A stretch of 25,345 nt of DNA from Patescibacteria group bacterium. Lineage in GTDB: Bacteria; Patescibacteriota; Minisyncoccia; Minisyncoccales; JAGMDC01. The notes beneath the pieces are model-generated. The model was not told the origin of the DNA. It saw only the letters and a list, made by a program, of their open reading frames with translations, and ran no database searches. The position numbers were made by a program, and so were the translations under genes. The stretch covers positions 1 to 25,345 of the forward strand of contig JAYELE010000029.1 of NCBI GenBank assembly GCA_034717255.1, in the 5' to 3' direction. Shown piece by piece: positions 16,397-25,345 of this stretch (position 1 is its first letter; the number at the start of each line of letters is the position of its first letter).

Positions 16397-17098
16397 TTAT
16401 CTTAATTTGCAGGATTGAAATTTTGGTTTAAGTTTTTCAACAATTTTTTCTAGTGTTTTCGCGTCAAGAATAGGAAGTTTTAATATCTCTTTATCTAAAA
16501 TTTCTTTTTGATTATTAAATTCCTGTAAAGAATAATTAACATTTTTCCCTTGTATCCAATTCCCTATTTCAATTAAATCTCGCTCTTCAATTCCTGGAGC
16601 CACTGTTGTTCTAAATTCAAAATCAATTTTTGAATTTTTCAAAATCTCCACGCTTTCCTCAATTTTTTTAATATCTGCTTTATTTCCAGAATAAAATCCA
16701 TATTTTTCTTTAGTCGCTTTAACATCCATTGCGACAAAATCAATTAAATTTTTTTCTAACAATTCTTTCCACATATTCGGATTGGATCCGTTTGAATCTA
16801 ATTTTACTAAAAATCCCATTTTTTTAATTTTTGTCGCAAAATCTATTAAATCTTTATGTATAGTCGGTTCTCCTCCGCAAATAACGCATGCTTCAAGCAA
16901 CCCTCTTCTCTGCTCTAAAAAATCAAAAAAATCTTTTTCAAAAATTTGATATTTATTTTCTTTTATTCTTTCTTCTAAAACAAGCTCTCCGCTATAACAA
17001 AAAGGACATCTAAAATTACACCCAATAGTAAACACAGTGCAACAAATCTTGCCCGGATAATCAATCAAACTATTCTTTTGCAGTCCTCCTAATAGCAT
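16397..17098 (-). CDS. nrdG: Anaerobic ribonucleotide reductase activating protein (radical SAM)
   Basis: CNFRCPFC, ICGGEPT, KLDSNGS, EFRTT; directly downstream of nrdD. Confidence 0.9.
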   Translation of the reverse strand: MLLGGLQKNSLIDYPGKICCTVFTIGCNFRCPFCYSGELVLEERIKENKYQIFEKDFFDFLEQRRGLLEACVICGGEPTIHKDLIDFATKIKKMGFLVKLDSNGSNPNMWKELLEKNLIDFVAMDVKATKEKYGFYSGNKADIKKIEESVEILKNSKIDFEFRTTVAPGIEERDLIEIGNWIQGKNVNYSLQEFNNQKEILDKEILKLPILDAKTLEKIVEKLKPKFQSCKLR

Positions 17099-17101
17099 AA
17101 T

Positions 17102-19201
17102 TTACACTTTAAAATTTTTTCTTTCTTTAAATTCTTGTTGTTTGCCTGTGTTAAATTGAGACACAGGTCTGAGATAACCAACAACTCTGGTATATACTTC
17201 ACAAGGCTGTTTAACAACGCATTTAGGGCATTCAAAATGTTCTCCCGCAATATACCCATGAACAGGACAAATAGAAAAAACAGGCGTGAAAGTTATATAC
17301 GGCAAATGATATTTTGTGAAAACTTTTTTAATTAAATTTTTAACCGCTTGAATATCAGATATTTTTTCTCCCGCAAAAATATGCAAAACAGTGCCTCCTG
17401 TGTAAGCACATTGAAGGTCGTCTTGCAATTTCAACGCTTCAAAAATATCGTCAGTATAATTAACAGGCAATTGCGTGGAATTTGTATAATACGGCGTTTC
17501 TTTTGTTCCCGCGGTAATAATGTCGGGATATTTTTCTCTATCCGCTTTTGCTTGACGATAACTTGTTCCTTCAGCCGGAGTAGCTTCAAGATTATATAAA
17601 TATCCTGTTTCCTCTTGATATTTAACCAACCTGTCGCGCATAAAATTTAAAATTTCCAACGCAAACTTCTTGCCTCTTCTTGAACCAATGTCTTCTCCTA
17701 TAAAATTCAAAAGCGCTTCATTCATTCCAACTAATCCAATAGTTGAAAAATGATTGCCAAAATAAGAATCTCTTATTTTCTTGATAGAACTTAAATAAAA
17801 TTTTGAATAAGGATATAATCCTTTTTCCATAAAATCTTCAATAGTTTTTCTTTTAATTTCTAAACTTTGTTTCGCCAAATCCATTAAATCGCTTAATTTT
17901 TCAAAAAATTCTTTTTTTGTTTTAGAAACATAACCAATTCTTGGCATATTTATAGTTACAACGCCGATTGACCCTGTTAAAGGAGCTGAACCAAACAATC
18001 CCCCTCCCCGTTTGTAAAGTTCTTTATTGTCTAACCGCAATCTGCAACACATACTTCTAAAATCCTCTGGATTCATATCTGATTCTAAAAAATTCGCAAA
18101 ATAATTTATTCCGTATTTTACCGTCGCTTCCCACATTGGCTCCAAATTTTTATCATCCCATGGAAAATCATTGGTAATATTGATAGTTGGAATAGGAAAA
18201 GTAAAAGGTCTGCCTTTTGCGTCGCCCTCCATCATACATTCATAAAAAGCTTTATTAAAAATACCCATTTCTTCTTGAAACTCGCCATAATTTTCTTTTT
18301 GCGGTTTTCCGCCGATAATCACGGGTATTTTTGACAAAAATGAAGGAACCGCGACATCAATAGAAACATTTAAAAAAGGAGTTTGAAATCCAACTCTTGT
18401 CGGAACCATACAATTATATAAAAATTCTTGCATCGCTTGTTTTGTTTGCGCGTAATTAAGATTATCGTATCTAATAAACGGAGCCAATAAAGTGTCAAAA
18501 TTAGACACAGCTTGAGCTCCGGCGCTCTCTCCTTGAACAGTAAAAAAGAAATTCACTAATTGCCCAAGCGCTGTTCTAAAATGTTTTGGAGGTCTGCTTT
18601 CCAATTTTGACGGCACTCCTCCAAAACCTTTTAATAAAATATCATAAAGATCCCAACCGCAACAATAAGTGCTTATACTTTCCAAATCATGAATATGTAT
18701 TTCTTCTTGTTTAGCGTGTTCGCGAATTTTTCCAGGATAAATTTTATTTAACCAATATTTCTTAGCAACAGACGAAATAACATATTGATTTAATCCTTGC
18801 AAAGAATAAGTCATATTGGCGTTTTCATGCACTTGCCAATCAAGTTCTTGCAAATACTTGTCAACCATTTCAACTGATTCATCAAAAATCATTCCTGTTT
18901 CTCTAATCATTCTTCTTTGTTCGCGATATAAAATATACGCTTTTGCGACTTCAACTAAATCCTCTAAAATTAAAACTTCTTCTATTATGTCTTGAACCTG
19001 TTCCACATTTGGTATTTCATTTCCCTTAAACCTTCTATTTAACAATTTCATCACTTTTTTCAAAAGTTTTTTTGAACATTCTCCGTTATGTTCGCCAATA
19101 GCTGTAATAGCTTTAAAAATAGCGTTCTTAATTTTTTCCGCGTCAAAATCAATAATATCCTGATTTCGTTTTTTAATTTTAGTGATTTTATTTTCTATCA
19201 T
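17102..19201 (-). CDS. nrdD: Class III anaerobic ribonucleoside-triphosphate reductase with ATP cone
   Basis: N-terminal ATP cone (IKKRNQDIIDFDAEKI), YCCGW, SMCCRL, EATPAEG, CPVHG..CPKC, glycyl-radical loop YTRVVGYLRPV. Confidence 0.95.
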   Translation of the reverse strand: MIENKITKIKKRNQDIIDFDAEKIKNAIFKAITAIGEHNGECSKKLLKKVMKLLNRRFKGNEIPNVEQVQDIIEEVLILEDLVEVAKAYILYREQRRMIRETGMIFDESVEMVDKYLQELDWQVHENANMTYSLQGLNQYVISSVAKKYWLNKIYPGKIREHAKQEEIHIHDLESISTYCCGWDLYDILLKGFGGVPSKLESRPPKHFRTALGQLVNFFFTVQGESAGAQAVSNFDTLLAPFIRYDNLNYAQTKQAMQEFLYNCMVPTRVGFQTPFLNVSIDVAVPSFLSKIPVIIGGKPQKENYGEFQEEMGIFNKAFYECMMEGDAKGRPFTFPIPTINITNDFPWDDKNLEPMWEATVKYGINYFANFLESDMNPEDFRSMCCRLRLDNKELYKRGGGLFGSAPLTGSIGVVTINMPRIGYVSKTKKEFFEKLSDLMDLAKQSLEIKRKTIEDFMEKGLYPYSKFYLSSIKKIRDSYFGNHFSTIGLVGMNEALLNFIGEDIGSRRGKKFALEILNFMRDRLVKYQEETGYLYNLEATPAEGTSYRQAKADREKYPDIITAGTKETPYYTNSTQLPVNYTDDIFEALKLQDDLQCAYTGGTVLHIFAGEKISDIQAVKNLIKKVFTKYHLPYITFTPVFSICPVHGYIAGEHFECPKCVVKQPCEVYTRVVGYLRPVSQFNTGKQQEFKERKNFKV

Positions 19202-19323
19202 AGTAAAAAAAATTGCTATTAAAGCATAAATTATATTATTCTGCGTTCTTATTCTATCTTACTCTTTATATCAAAACAGGTCAAATTGCGCACATTCGCA
19301 TTACTCTATTTAAAAAAATAAAG

Positions 19324-19332
19324 TTATCCACA
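19324..19332 (+). promoter_or_regulatory. Perfect DnaA box upstream of nrdD
   Basis: TTATCCACA, about 120 bp upstream of the nrdD start. Confidence 0.5.
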
Positions 19333-19393
19333 AAAATTTTATCTTTTCATGCGCTTAATTTCTTGCTTATCAAAAACAAAATTTGTCAAGCGC

Positions 19394-19436
19394 TTAAAAT
19401 AATATTTTTTGTCTAATTAACTTCTTTTTTTCCTTT
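19394..19436 (-). pseudogene. Detached putative original 3' end of the EndoQ gene (K-E-K-K-K-L-I-R-Q-K-I-L-F-stop)
   Basis: Open frame 19435-19394 ending TAA; joins the EndoQ frame exactly if 19437-19600 is removed. Confidence 0.6.
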
Positions 19437-19598
19437 AGAGAGAACAAAGCAATATCATTTCTACTACAACACGAGAATTTTGGCTACGAATTATTCAGAA
19501 CTCGTTAGCGTATCTTTCAGATATGCTTCCTCTTTCTTCATAATTCTCGCTCAAAATCCTCGTGCCTCGTTACGAAAGCATATTGCATTGTTCTCTCT
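19437..19598. mobile_element. 162-bp MITE-like palindromic element with 19-bp terminal inverted repeats
   Basis: AGAGAGAACAAAGCAATAT (19437-19455) vs 19580-19598, one mismatch; nested inner helices; flanked by TT/TT (or CTTT/CTTT); no transposase in window. Confidence 0.65.
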
Positions 19599-20841
19599 TT
19601 TTAGAAAAAATTTTTATCTTCCCAAATACTCCGTCATATCCCGGCTCAATATTAATATCTCCGTTTCTCGCTTTTATAATTCCTTCCGCTATTTGAGACA
19701 ATGTAGCTGAACACAAATCTGATTGCGAAACATTAAGCAAGATATTAAATTCGTTTTCAAAATTTTTAATTAAATTATTATATTGTTCCGTTACTCTCTT
19801 TGTGGCAACTCCTGTTCCAACGCATTCAGCGATTATTTCTCGCAAAGGAATTAAACTTTTGAAAGGAACAAAATTTTTAGATTTAAATCCTTGCGGTTTA
19901 TCCGATATTTGCTCTACCCTATTCATAACTCCCACTGTCAACGGTTTTCCGCAATTTGGACAAATATTATTATATTTTTTTGATTCATTTGACGATAAAT
20001 TAACATCGCATTGTCTATGTCCGTCATTAAAATACTTGCCTTCTTGAGGATAAAATTCAATAGTATAAAGCAATTCCAAAATGGCCGAGGACTGTCCTTG
20101 ACCAAATCTGCTTTTATTTTTAATAGCTTGCGTAATTGCTTGATAACTAATTTCTTTGCCTTGAAAAACATTTGCTTCTCTGCCTAATTTAGCCGGACTG
20201 TGCGCGTCGCTGTTTGAAAGTAAACAAACATTTCTTATATCTGGAATTCTACAAAGCATTGACGGATCCGCGGACAACCCTGTTTCTACGGCAAAAATAT
20301 ATTTTGTATATTCTTCAAAACACTCTTCCATAGAATCAAATCCTGATTTAGATCCAAATAAACCAAACCATGGGGTCATACAATGAGCTGGAATAACTAA
20401 ACAATCTTTTGAAACATCTAAAACAATTTTTGTTAATTCTTTTGCATCTAATCCTAAAATCGGACGGCCGTCCGCTTTTAAGTTTCCTATTTTTGCCAAC
20501 TTCATATTGATTTTTTCAACAACTGTCAATGACGGAGCTAAAACAATAATATGAATTTTTCTTACTTTTCCAGCTTTTGAATAAATACAACTAATCTCGC
20601 TTGTTAAAATAAATCTTGCGCTTTGTTTATTCGCGTTTTTTTTTAATTTATACAATCCTTGTTCAGCAGGCTCTAATTTTTGTTTTAAATTTTTAAACCA
20701 TTCTGGATGCGTAAAATCCCCTGTCGCTAAAACATTTATTCCTTTAATTCTCGCAAACTCGTCTAAAACCTCCAAATTCATTTGTGGAGAAGTCGCTCGC
20801 GAATATTTAGAATGAATATGAAAATCAACTATGTATTTCAT
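19570..20841 (-). CDS. Endonuclease Q-family PHP-domain DNA repair nuclease
   Basis: DFHIHSKYSRATS, ATGDFTHP, IPAHCMTPW, ETGLSAD, SNSDAHS, YPQEGKYFNDGHRQC, CPNCG, PGYDGVFG. Confidence 0.85.
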   Translation of the reverse strand: MKYIVDFHIHSKYSRATSPQMNLEVLDEFARIKGINVLATGDFTHPEWFKNLKQKLEPAEQGLYKLKKNANKQSARFILTSEISCIYSKAGKVRKIHIIVLAPSLTVVEKINMKLAKIGNLKADGRPILGLDAKELTKIVLDVSKDCLVIPAHCMTPWFGLFGSKSGFDSMEECFEEYTKYIFAVETGLSADPSMLCRIPDIRNVCLLSNSDAHSPAKLGREANVFQGKEISYQAITQAIKNKSRFGQGQSSAILELLYTIEFYPQEGKYFNDGHRQCDVNLSSNESKKYNNICPNCGKPLTVGVMNRVEQISDKPQGFKSKNFVPFKSLIPLREIIAECVGTGVATKRVTEQYNNLIKNFENEFNILLNVSQSDLCSATLSQIAEGIIKARNGDINIEPGYDGVFGKIKIFSKKREQCNMLS

Positions 20842-20846
20842 AAAAA

Positions 20847-22019
20847 TTATTTAATAAAATAAAAAATTTCCAATACAACTCCTAAAATAAAAAATAAAGA
20901 TAAGATATAAAACAATGGATTTATTTTTTGAGAAAATTTTTGTCGCAAAAAAGCTTTATAAAGAAAAATAATAATAATGTATTCAATACCTATAGCAACA
21001 GCGCCTGTTATTCCAATAATAGTAATAAATTCTTTTAATCCTAATAAATATAAAAACAAAGGAAAAAAACAAGCGATGAACCAAGAAATATTTTTACTTA
21101 TTTTAAAATCATAGCATAAAGTTTTTTTCAAAGTCAACCCCAATGCGATAAAAGAAGTAAAACAAGTTATAATTCCAAAAAGAAAACCAAGTTTAATAAC
21201 GCCGTTCCCTAAAATTTGGTTAAAACCGCTCAACGCTTCTTTAGAAGTGTTTATTCCGCAAACTCCAAAAATAATAAATATAAAAAATAAATAAATAACG
21301 CTTGCAAGGAAAATTCCATATGCTTGAACTTTTCTTAAATTTTTCTTTTTTGTTTTCATATCCAAATTTCTATCAGGATAATTATTTATCATCATTTCTT
21401 TTAATTCGGGAACTATCGCAAAACCCCATAAAGAAAAAAGAATAACGCCATAAGGAAGAACTAAAAATTTCAAATCCATTGTTTGAAAATTCGCAAAATT
21501 AATATGAGGAACTGCTTTAAGAAAAAAAAGAAATAAAATAATTAAAAAAACAGCAAAAAAAGCGAGCCCGATTTTAGATATGCTTTTTATTCCTTTAAAA
21601 ATTAAATAAGCTCCAACCGCAAAAAATATTAAAACATAAATTAAAACATCTTCTCCAAAATAAGAACCAAATAAAAATTTTAAAAATTCGCCTCCAACAA
21701 TTAAATAGGAAAGCAATCCCCCAGTCAACACAAACCCTGTTGTAAAAATCGCGATTTTTTTATATTTTTTTCCAAGATATTTTTCAACATAACCGGGCAA
21801 ACGATGAATAGTTTCTGTTTCAGCGCAAATTTTTCCATAAATAAAATGAAGAATAATAGTCACTATTGTAATAATTATAAAATAAAAAACCGTAATAAAA
21901 AATCCCGCTTTTGAGGCAACAAACGGCAAACTGAAAATTCCTACTCCTATAATTGTTCCAAGAAAAACTGATAACGCTTTCAAAAAATAAAGCGTATTTT
22001 TTTGAAAAAAACCAACCAT
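20847..22019 (-). CDS. Amino-acid permease (aromatic amino acid/APC-like)
   Basis: About 11 TM segments; GTIIGVGIFSLPF helix-1 motif; PYGVILFSLWG. Confidence 0.8.
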   Translation of the reverse strand: MVGFFQKNTLYFLKALSVFLGTIIGVGIFSLPFVASKAGFFITVFYFIIITIVTIILHFIYGKICAETETIHRLPGYVEKYLGKKYKKIAIFTTGFVLTGGLLSYLIVGGEFLKFLFGSYFGEDVLIYVLIFFAVGAYLIFKGIKSISKIGLAFFAVFLIILFLFFLKAVPHINFANFQTMDLKFLVLPYGVILFSLWGFAIVPELKEMMINNYPDRNLDMKTKKKNLRKVQAYGIFLASVIYLFFIFIIFGVCGINTSKEALSGFNQILGNGVIKLGFLFGIITCFTSFIALGLTLKKTLCYDFKISKNISWFIACFFPLFLYLLGLKEFITIIGITGAVAIGIEYIIIIFLYKAFLRQKFSQKINPLFYILSLFFILGVVLEIFYFIK

Positions 22020-22025
22020 ATTATA

Positions 22026-23372
22026 TTACGATGCTAATGGGAAAATGATAGTAAATTTTGTTCCAATGCCAGCTATACTTTCTATAAAAATTTTACCATT
22101 CATTTTTTCGCAAATATGCTTACTAATCCATAAACCAAGACCCGTGCCTTGTATATCCGCTGTTTCTCTTGTTTTAACCCGATAAAATCTTTCAAAAAGC
22201 CGTTTCTGCGCTTCAGCTGAAATCCCTAATCCAGTATCTTGAATAGTAATAATACTTTGTTTTTTCGCTGTGTTTACGCGCGCGTTCACTTCTATTTTGC
22301 CTTTTAATGTATATTTTACGGCATTGCCAACAAGATTAGAAACTATTTGCTTAAACCTCATAGGATTAACAAAAATATTCGCTGAATTTTCCGATGCGCT
22401 GAAAATTAAACACAAATCTTTTTCTTCAGCTTTTGGCTTAAATTCTTCAATTACCTCATTCACAAGATTATTAACAGAAACTTTTTTCGCGGTAAAATCC
22501 AATCTGCTCTGTTCAATTCTGGAAACTTCCAAAATATCATACATTAAATCGCTTAAATTTTTTACTGATACTTCTACTCTATAAAAAAGTTTTTTTTGGT
22601 CTTTATTTAATAAAAATTCAATTTCCTCTTTTAATACCGCTGTGTATCCTCTTATGTTTGTAATCGGAGATTGAAGGTCATGAGTAGCCATTCTAATAAA
22701 ATTATCTTTCATTTTATCTATTTCGCTCAATCTTTTTGACAATGCCACATATCCAAAAAGTCGCGTATGTTGGATTATTAAAAATAAACATAAAATAACA
22801 AGGACAATCACTATTAAATAAGCGCGAGAAAGAGAATCTACAAGCAGAGCATCTGCTTGCTCCAAAGACAAAGCCATTGAAACCAATCCTATTTTTTCAT
22901 TGCTTTCTTTAGTGTATATCGGTTTTGTCACTTTCCAAAATCTTATTTCATCTTTAGCAATTAAATTGGCGATGGTCTGATCTTGAGACCAACTTAAAGC
23001 AAGAGAAGGATCAGAAATTATTTTATTATTTTCTTTAATGTCTTGAGACGCGATAATTTCAAATTCTCCTTCGCTATTTTCTTTCATTACTCTTAAATCA
23101 ATTATTTCTGAATTATTTTTTGTGATTTCTTGAATTTTTTGCTGTAAAACATCAGATTCTAAAAAAATATCAGAAACGAAAATACTAAAAACATCTTCAA
23201 CCATCAGCGCTTTTGTTTGCAAATTAATATCAATATTTTTCTGAAAAGACCGCGCCGTAAATAGTGTATTATAAAAAAGAGCTAAAGGAATAACAATAAT
23301 CAACATCAAGGAATATAAAATTCCCGGATATTTTTTAATAAAATCAATAATTTTTTGAAAAAATTTAAGCAT
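22026..23372 (-). CDS. Membrane sensor histidine kinase
   Basis: Two TM helices around an extracytoplasmic domain; ATHDLQSP H-box, NLVGNAVKYT N-box, DTGLGI and GTGLGL G-boxes. Confidence 0.92.
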   Translation of the reverse strand: MLKFFQKIIDFIKKYPGILYSLMLIIVIPLALFYNTLFTARSFQKNIDINLQTKALMVEDVFSIFVSDIFLESDVLQQKIQEITKNNSEIIDLRVMKENSEGEFEIIASQDIKENNKIISDPSLALSWSQDQTIANLIAKDEIRFWKVTKPIYTKESNEKIGLVSMALSLEQADALLVDSLSRAYLIVIVLVILCLFLIIQHTRLFGYVALSKRLSEIDKMKDNFIRMATHDLQSPITNIRGYTAVLKEEIEFLLNKDQKKLFYRVEVSVKNLSDLMYDILEVSRIEQSRLDFTAKKVSVNNLVNEVIEEFKPKAEEKDLCLIFSASENSANIFVNPMRFKQIVSNLVGNAVKYTLKGKIEVNARVNTAKKQSIITIQDTGLGISAEAQKRLFERFYRVKTRETADIQGTGLGLWISKHICEKMNGKIFIESIAGIGTKFTIIFPLAS

Positions 23373-23383
23373 TTTAACGCTAA

Positions 23384-25315
23384 TTAAACAATTTTTTTCT
23401 TTTTAATCAAAATCCCTATGAACGCCAATGAAATTATTACGCTGAAAAATATGATTCCTAATATGGATAAAATAAAATTTCTTTCTAATATCTGAAGCGG
23501 AGAAGATATATCGGCTAATTGCGATGATTCAAAAATTCTAAATACTTTATCCTCGCTTTTTGCGAAAGCAAACGCTTCCGACCTTGCTCCTATTTCTCCT
23601 TTATTGTTGGTAACCGTAACATAAGCCGTGTGTTCCCCGTCTAATAACGGCTTGTCTAAAACATACTCCCAACTGCCGTTTGCGTCGGTTTTAATTGTCA
23701 CCACTGTTGGAATAGAATAAATATATAAAGTTATAAAACTATTAGGAACAGCTTTTCCTTCAAATTTTATTCCTTTTTTATCGTCTGGTAAAATTATTGT
23801 AGCTATACGTTCCACTTTATATACAACAGCTTTTTGCGGTTTAACTTTGCGCGGATTCTGATAAATAATTTTTTTAGACGGACTTGAGCTTAAAATATCA
23901 TAACCTCCAATATATTCTGCTCCGTCTAAAAATCCATCTCCGTCAGTGTCGGGATTTAAAGGATTAGATCCTAATCTAATTTCTTCTCTGTCTGGAAGTC
24001 CGTCATTATCTGAATCTTTGTCAACAAGCTGTTGTTGTTTTTCGGTTTTAATTTCCGCTTTCTTTGAAACTGAAACTTCCATTTTTACAAACTTTTCTTC
24101 AACTTTTTCTTCAACTTTTTCTATTATGTCTGAAATTTTTTCCGCGAGAACAACTGTTGCTGGTTCAGCTGGTTCAGCTGGTTCAGCTGGTTCAGCTGGT
24201 TCAGCTGGTTCAGCTGGTTCAGCTGGTTCAGCTGGTTCAGCTGGTTCAGCTGGTTCTGCTGGTTCAGCTGGTTCTGCTGGTTCTGCTGGTTCTGCTGACG
24301 CGACTACCGCGCTTCGCGTCGCAACTTTTGTTTTATCTTTGCTTTCTTTTTTTTCATCTTCAGCTTCTTTTAATTCTTCATCCAAAACCTTTATTTCTTC
24401 TTCAACTTCCTCTCTCTCTTTCTCATATCCTTTTAATATATCCTCTTTATCTTTTTTTAAAAACGCAATGGAATTTTTCGGAAGTTTTTTTAATTCTTTT
24501 TCTGTTTTTCCAATTTCTTTTTCAATTTCTTTTATTTCTTTTTCGTCTTTTTTTATTTTATGTTTTATCGCGCTTTCTTTTTCTATACTTTCTACTATTT
24601 TCTCTATATATTCATCTATTTCCTTTATTATATCCTCTGTAATCGCATCATCTTCAAATAATATAGATTCTGTAGCTAATGCTTCAACTTCTACAATCGC
24701 TTCTTCTACTACTGTTTCAATTTCTTCCGCAAGTTCTTCACTTTCTATTTTTAGTTCTTCTTCTATAATTTTTATTTCTTCTTCTATTTTTTTAATCTCA
24801 TCATCTAATTCTTCCTCTTCCTCAATATTCCTTTCAATATTATTGTCAATTTCAATACCTATGGTCTCGCTAAAATATTCTCCGTAATCATTGCTAATTT
24901 TAGCAAAAAGATTATATTCGCTATTTGGATTCTTATCGCTGTCAAATTCCAACTCCCACATATCCGCATGTTTCAAAGCGCCGCTTCCTATATAAACATC
25001 CGGGCTGGGAGATGAAAAACGCTGAATATAAAACTCAACGCTATTCGCTGATTCCACTTTTAATTTTATGGTTTTTTCTCCTTTAATTTTAGCTCCATCT
25101 TTCGGATAAATAAAATCAGATTCAGGTGTTATGTCAATATCTTCTGCTTCTTTTTTACCACCCTTGCCTTTAATGTCTTCAATATCGCCGTCATATTCCT
25201 CTGATACGCTAACATCATCATCAATTATTAAATCAGGCCTCACAGCTTGTATATCAAAAACAAACAAACTAAACGCTAAACTAAAAATAACTAAACTAAA
25301 AATAATTTTTTTCAT
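23384..25315 (-). CDS. Secreted, C-terminally anchored acidic surface protein (Ig-like, coiled coil, AEP repeat, TSP3-like Ca-binding repeats, Ig-like, TM)
   Basis: Signal-peptide-like N-terminus; FIYPKDG..VEFY Ig-like start; DSDNDGLPD and DTDGDGFLD motifs; KTDANGSW Ig-like; hydrophobic C-terminus followed by KKKKIV. Confidence 0.8.
   Translation of the reverse strand: MKKIIFSLVIFSLAFSLFVFDIQAVRPDLIIDDDVSVSEEYDGDIEDIKGKGGKKEAEDIDITPESDFIYPKDGAKIKGEKTIKLKVESANSVEFYIQRFSSPSPDVYIGSGALKHADMWELEFDSDKNPNSEYNLFAKISNDYGEYFSETIGIEIDNNIERNIEEEEELDDEIKKIEEEIKIIEEELKIESEELAEEIETVVEEAIVEVEALATESILFEDDAITEDIIKEIDEYIEKIVESIEKESAIKHKIKKDEKEIKEIEKEIGKTEKELKKLPKNSIAFLKKDKEDILKGYEKEREEVEEEIKVLDEELKEAEDEKKESKDKTKVATRSAVVASAEPAEPAEPAEPAEPAEPAEPAEPAEPAEPAEPAEPAEPAEPAEPATVVLAEKISDIIEKVEEKVEEKFVKMEVSVSKKAEIKTEKQQQLVDKDSDNDGLPDREEIRLGSNPLNPDTDGDGFLDGAEYIGGYDILSSSPSKKIIYQNPRKVKPQKAVVYKVERIATIILPDDKKGIKFEGKAVPNSFITLYIYSIPTVVTIKTDANGSWEYVLDKPLLDGEHTAYVTVTNNKGEIGARSEAFAFAKSEDKVFRIFESSQLADISSPLQILERNFILSILGIIFFSVIISLAFIGILIKKKKIV
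24159..24293 (-). repeat. In-frame 9-bp tandem repeat x15 encoding (AEP)15
   Basis: Plus-strand unit GCTGGTTCA x11 and GCTGGTTCT x4. Confidence 0.97.
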
Positions 25316-25345
25316 AAAAGTTTTAAAAAATAAAAAATTTAAATT

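Noticed and set aside
35-19201. Inteins or group I/II introns in dnaE or nrdD
   Set aside because: Both proteins are of normal length with contiguous motifs and no intein signatures
19365-19389. TTGACA on the minus strand upstream of nrdD as its promoter
   Set aside because: No acceptable -10 hexamer at 16-18 nt spacing
19213-19710. Plus-strand ORFs of 67 and 76 aa upstream of nrdD
   Set aside because: No motifs or initiation signals; they run through the palindromic element and antisense to endoQ
24159-24293. Possible CRISPR array
   Set aside because: Contiguous 9-bp units with no spacers, in frame in a CDS; no cas genes
23946-24887. 313-aa and 192-aa plus-strand ORFs with AGS and LVQ repeats
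   Set aside because: Antisense shadows of the surface-protein gene; stop-free because of the Glu/Lys-rich coding strand and the 9-bp repeat
1-25345. Alternative genetic code (TGA=Gly) and tRNA/rRNA genes
   Set aside because: TGA terminates several genes cleanly (e.g. 10488-10490, comEC) and long ORFs are intact in code 11; no cloverleaf or rRNA-like sequence seen

Overview
AT-rich, gene-dense bacterial window in standard code 11 (TGA used as stop), inferred to be Patescibacteria/CPR, Parcubacteria-like, from gene content, compactness and SD-less housekeeping genes. The backbone carries dnaE, thrS, an unknown membrane protein, miaB, rplJ-rplL with an L10-leader RNA, an HtrA protease, a processive GT2, comEC, nrdD/nrdG, an EndoQ-family PHP nuclease, an amino-acid permease, a histidine kinase and a large surface protein with an (AEP)15 repeat. 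Two non-standard layers stand out. (1) Three GC-richer orphan genes (5109-5438 -, 8891-9199 -, 9390-10490 +) are built as self-contained units with base-exact shared geometry: TTGACW-N16-extended -10, then 14 nt, then a boxA-like AGYTCTT(T)AAYAA, a strong SD, and a terminator at the stop codon. One encodes a divergent class II (CCA/PAP-like) nucleotidyltransferase with a Cys-rich tail. (2) Two 150-160 bp rod-like palindromic elements sit at gene 3' ends. One appears inserted into the EndoQ gene and displaces an intact C-terminal tail ending in a clamp-binding-like QKILF. All calls come from reading motifs by eye; no database searches were run.
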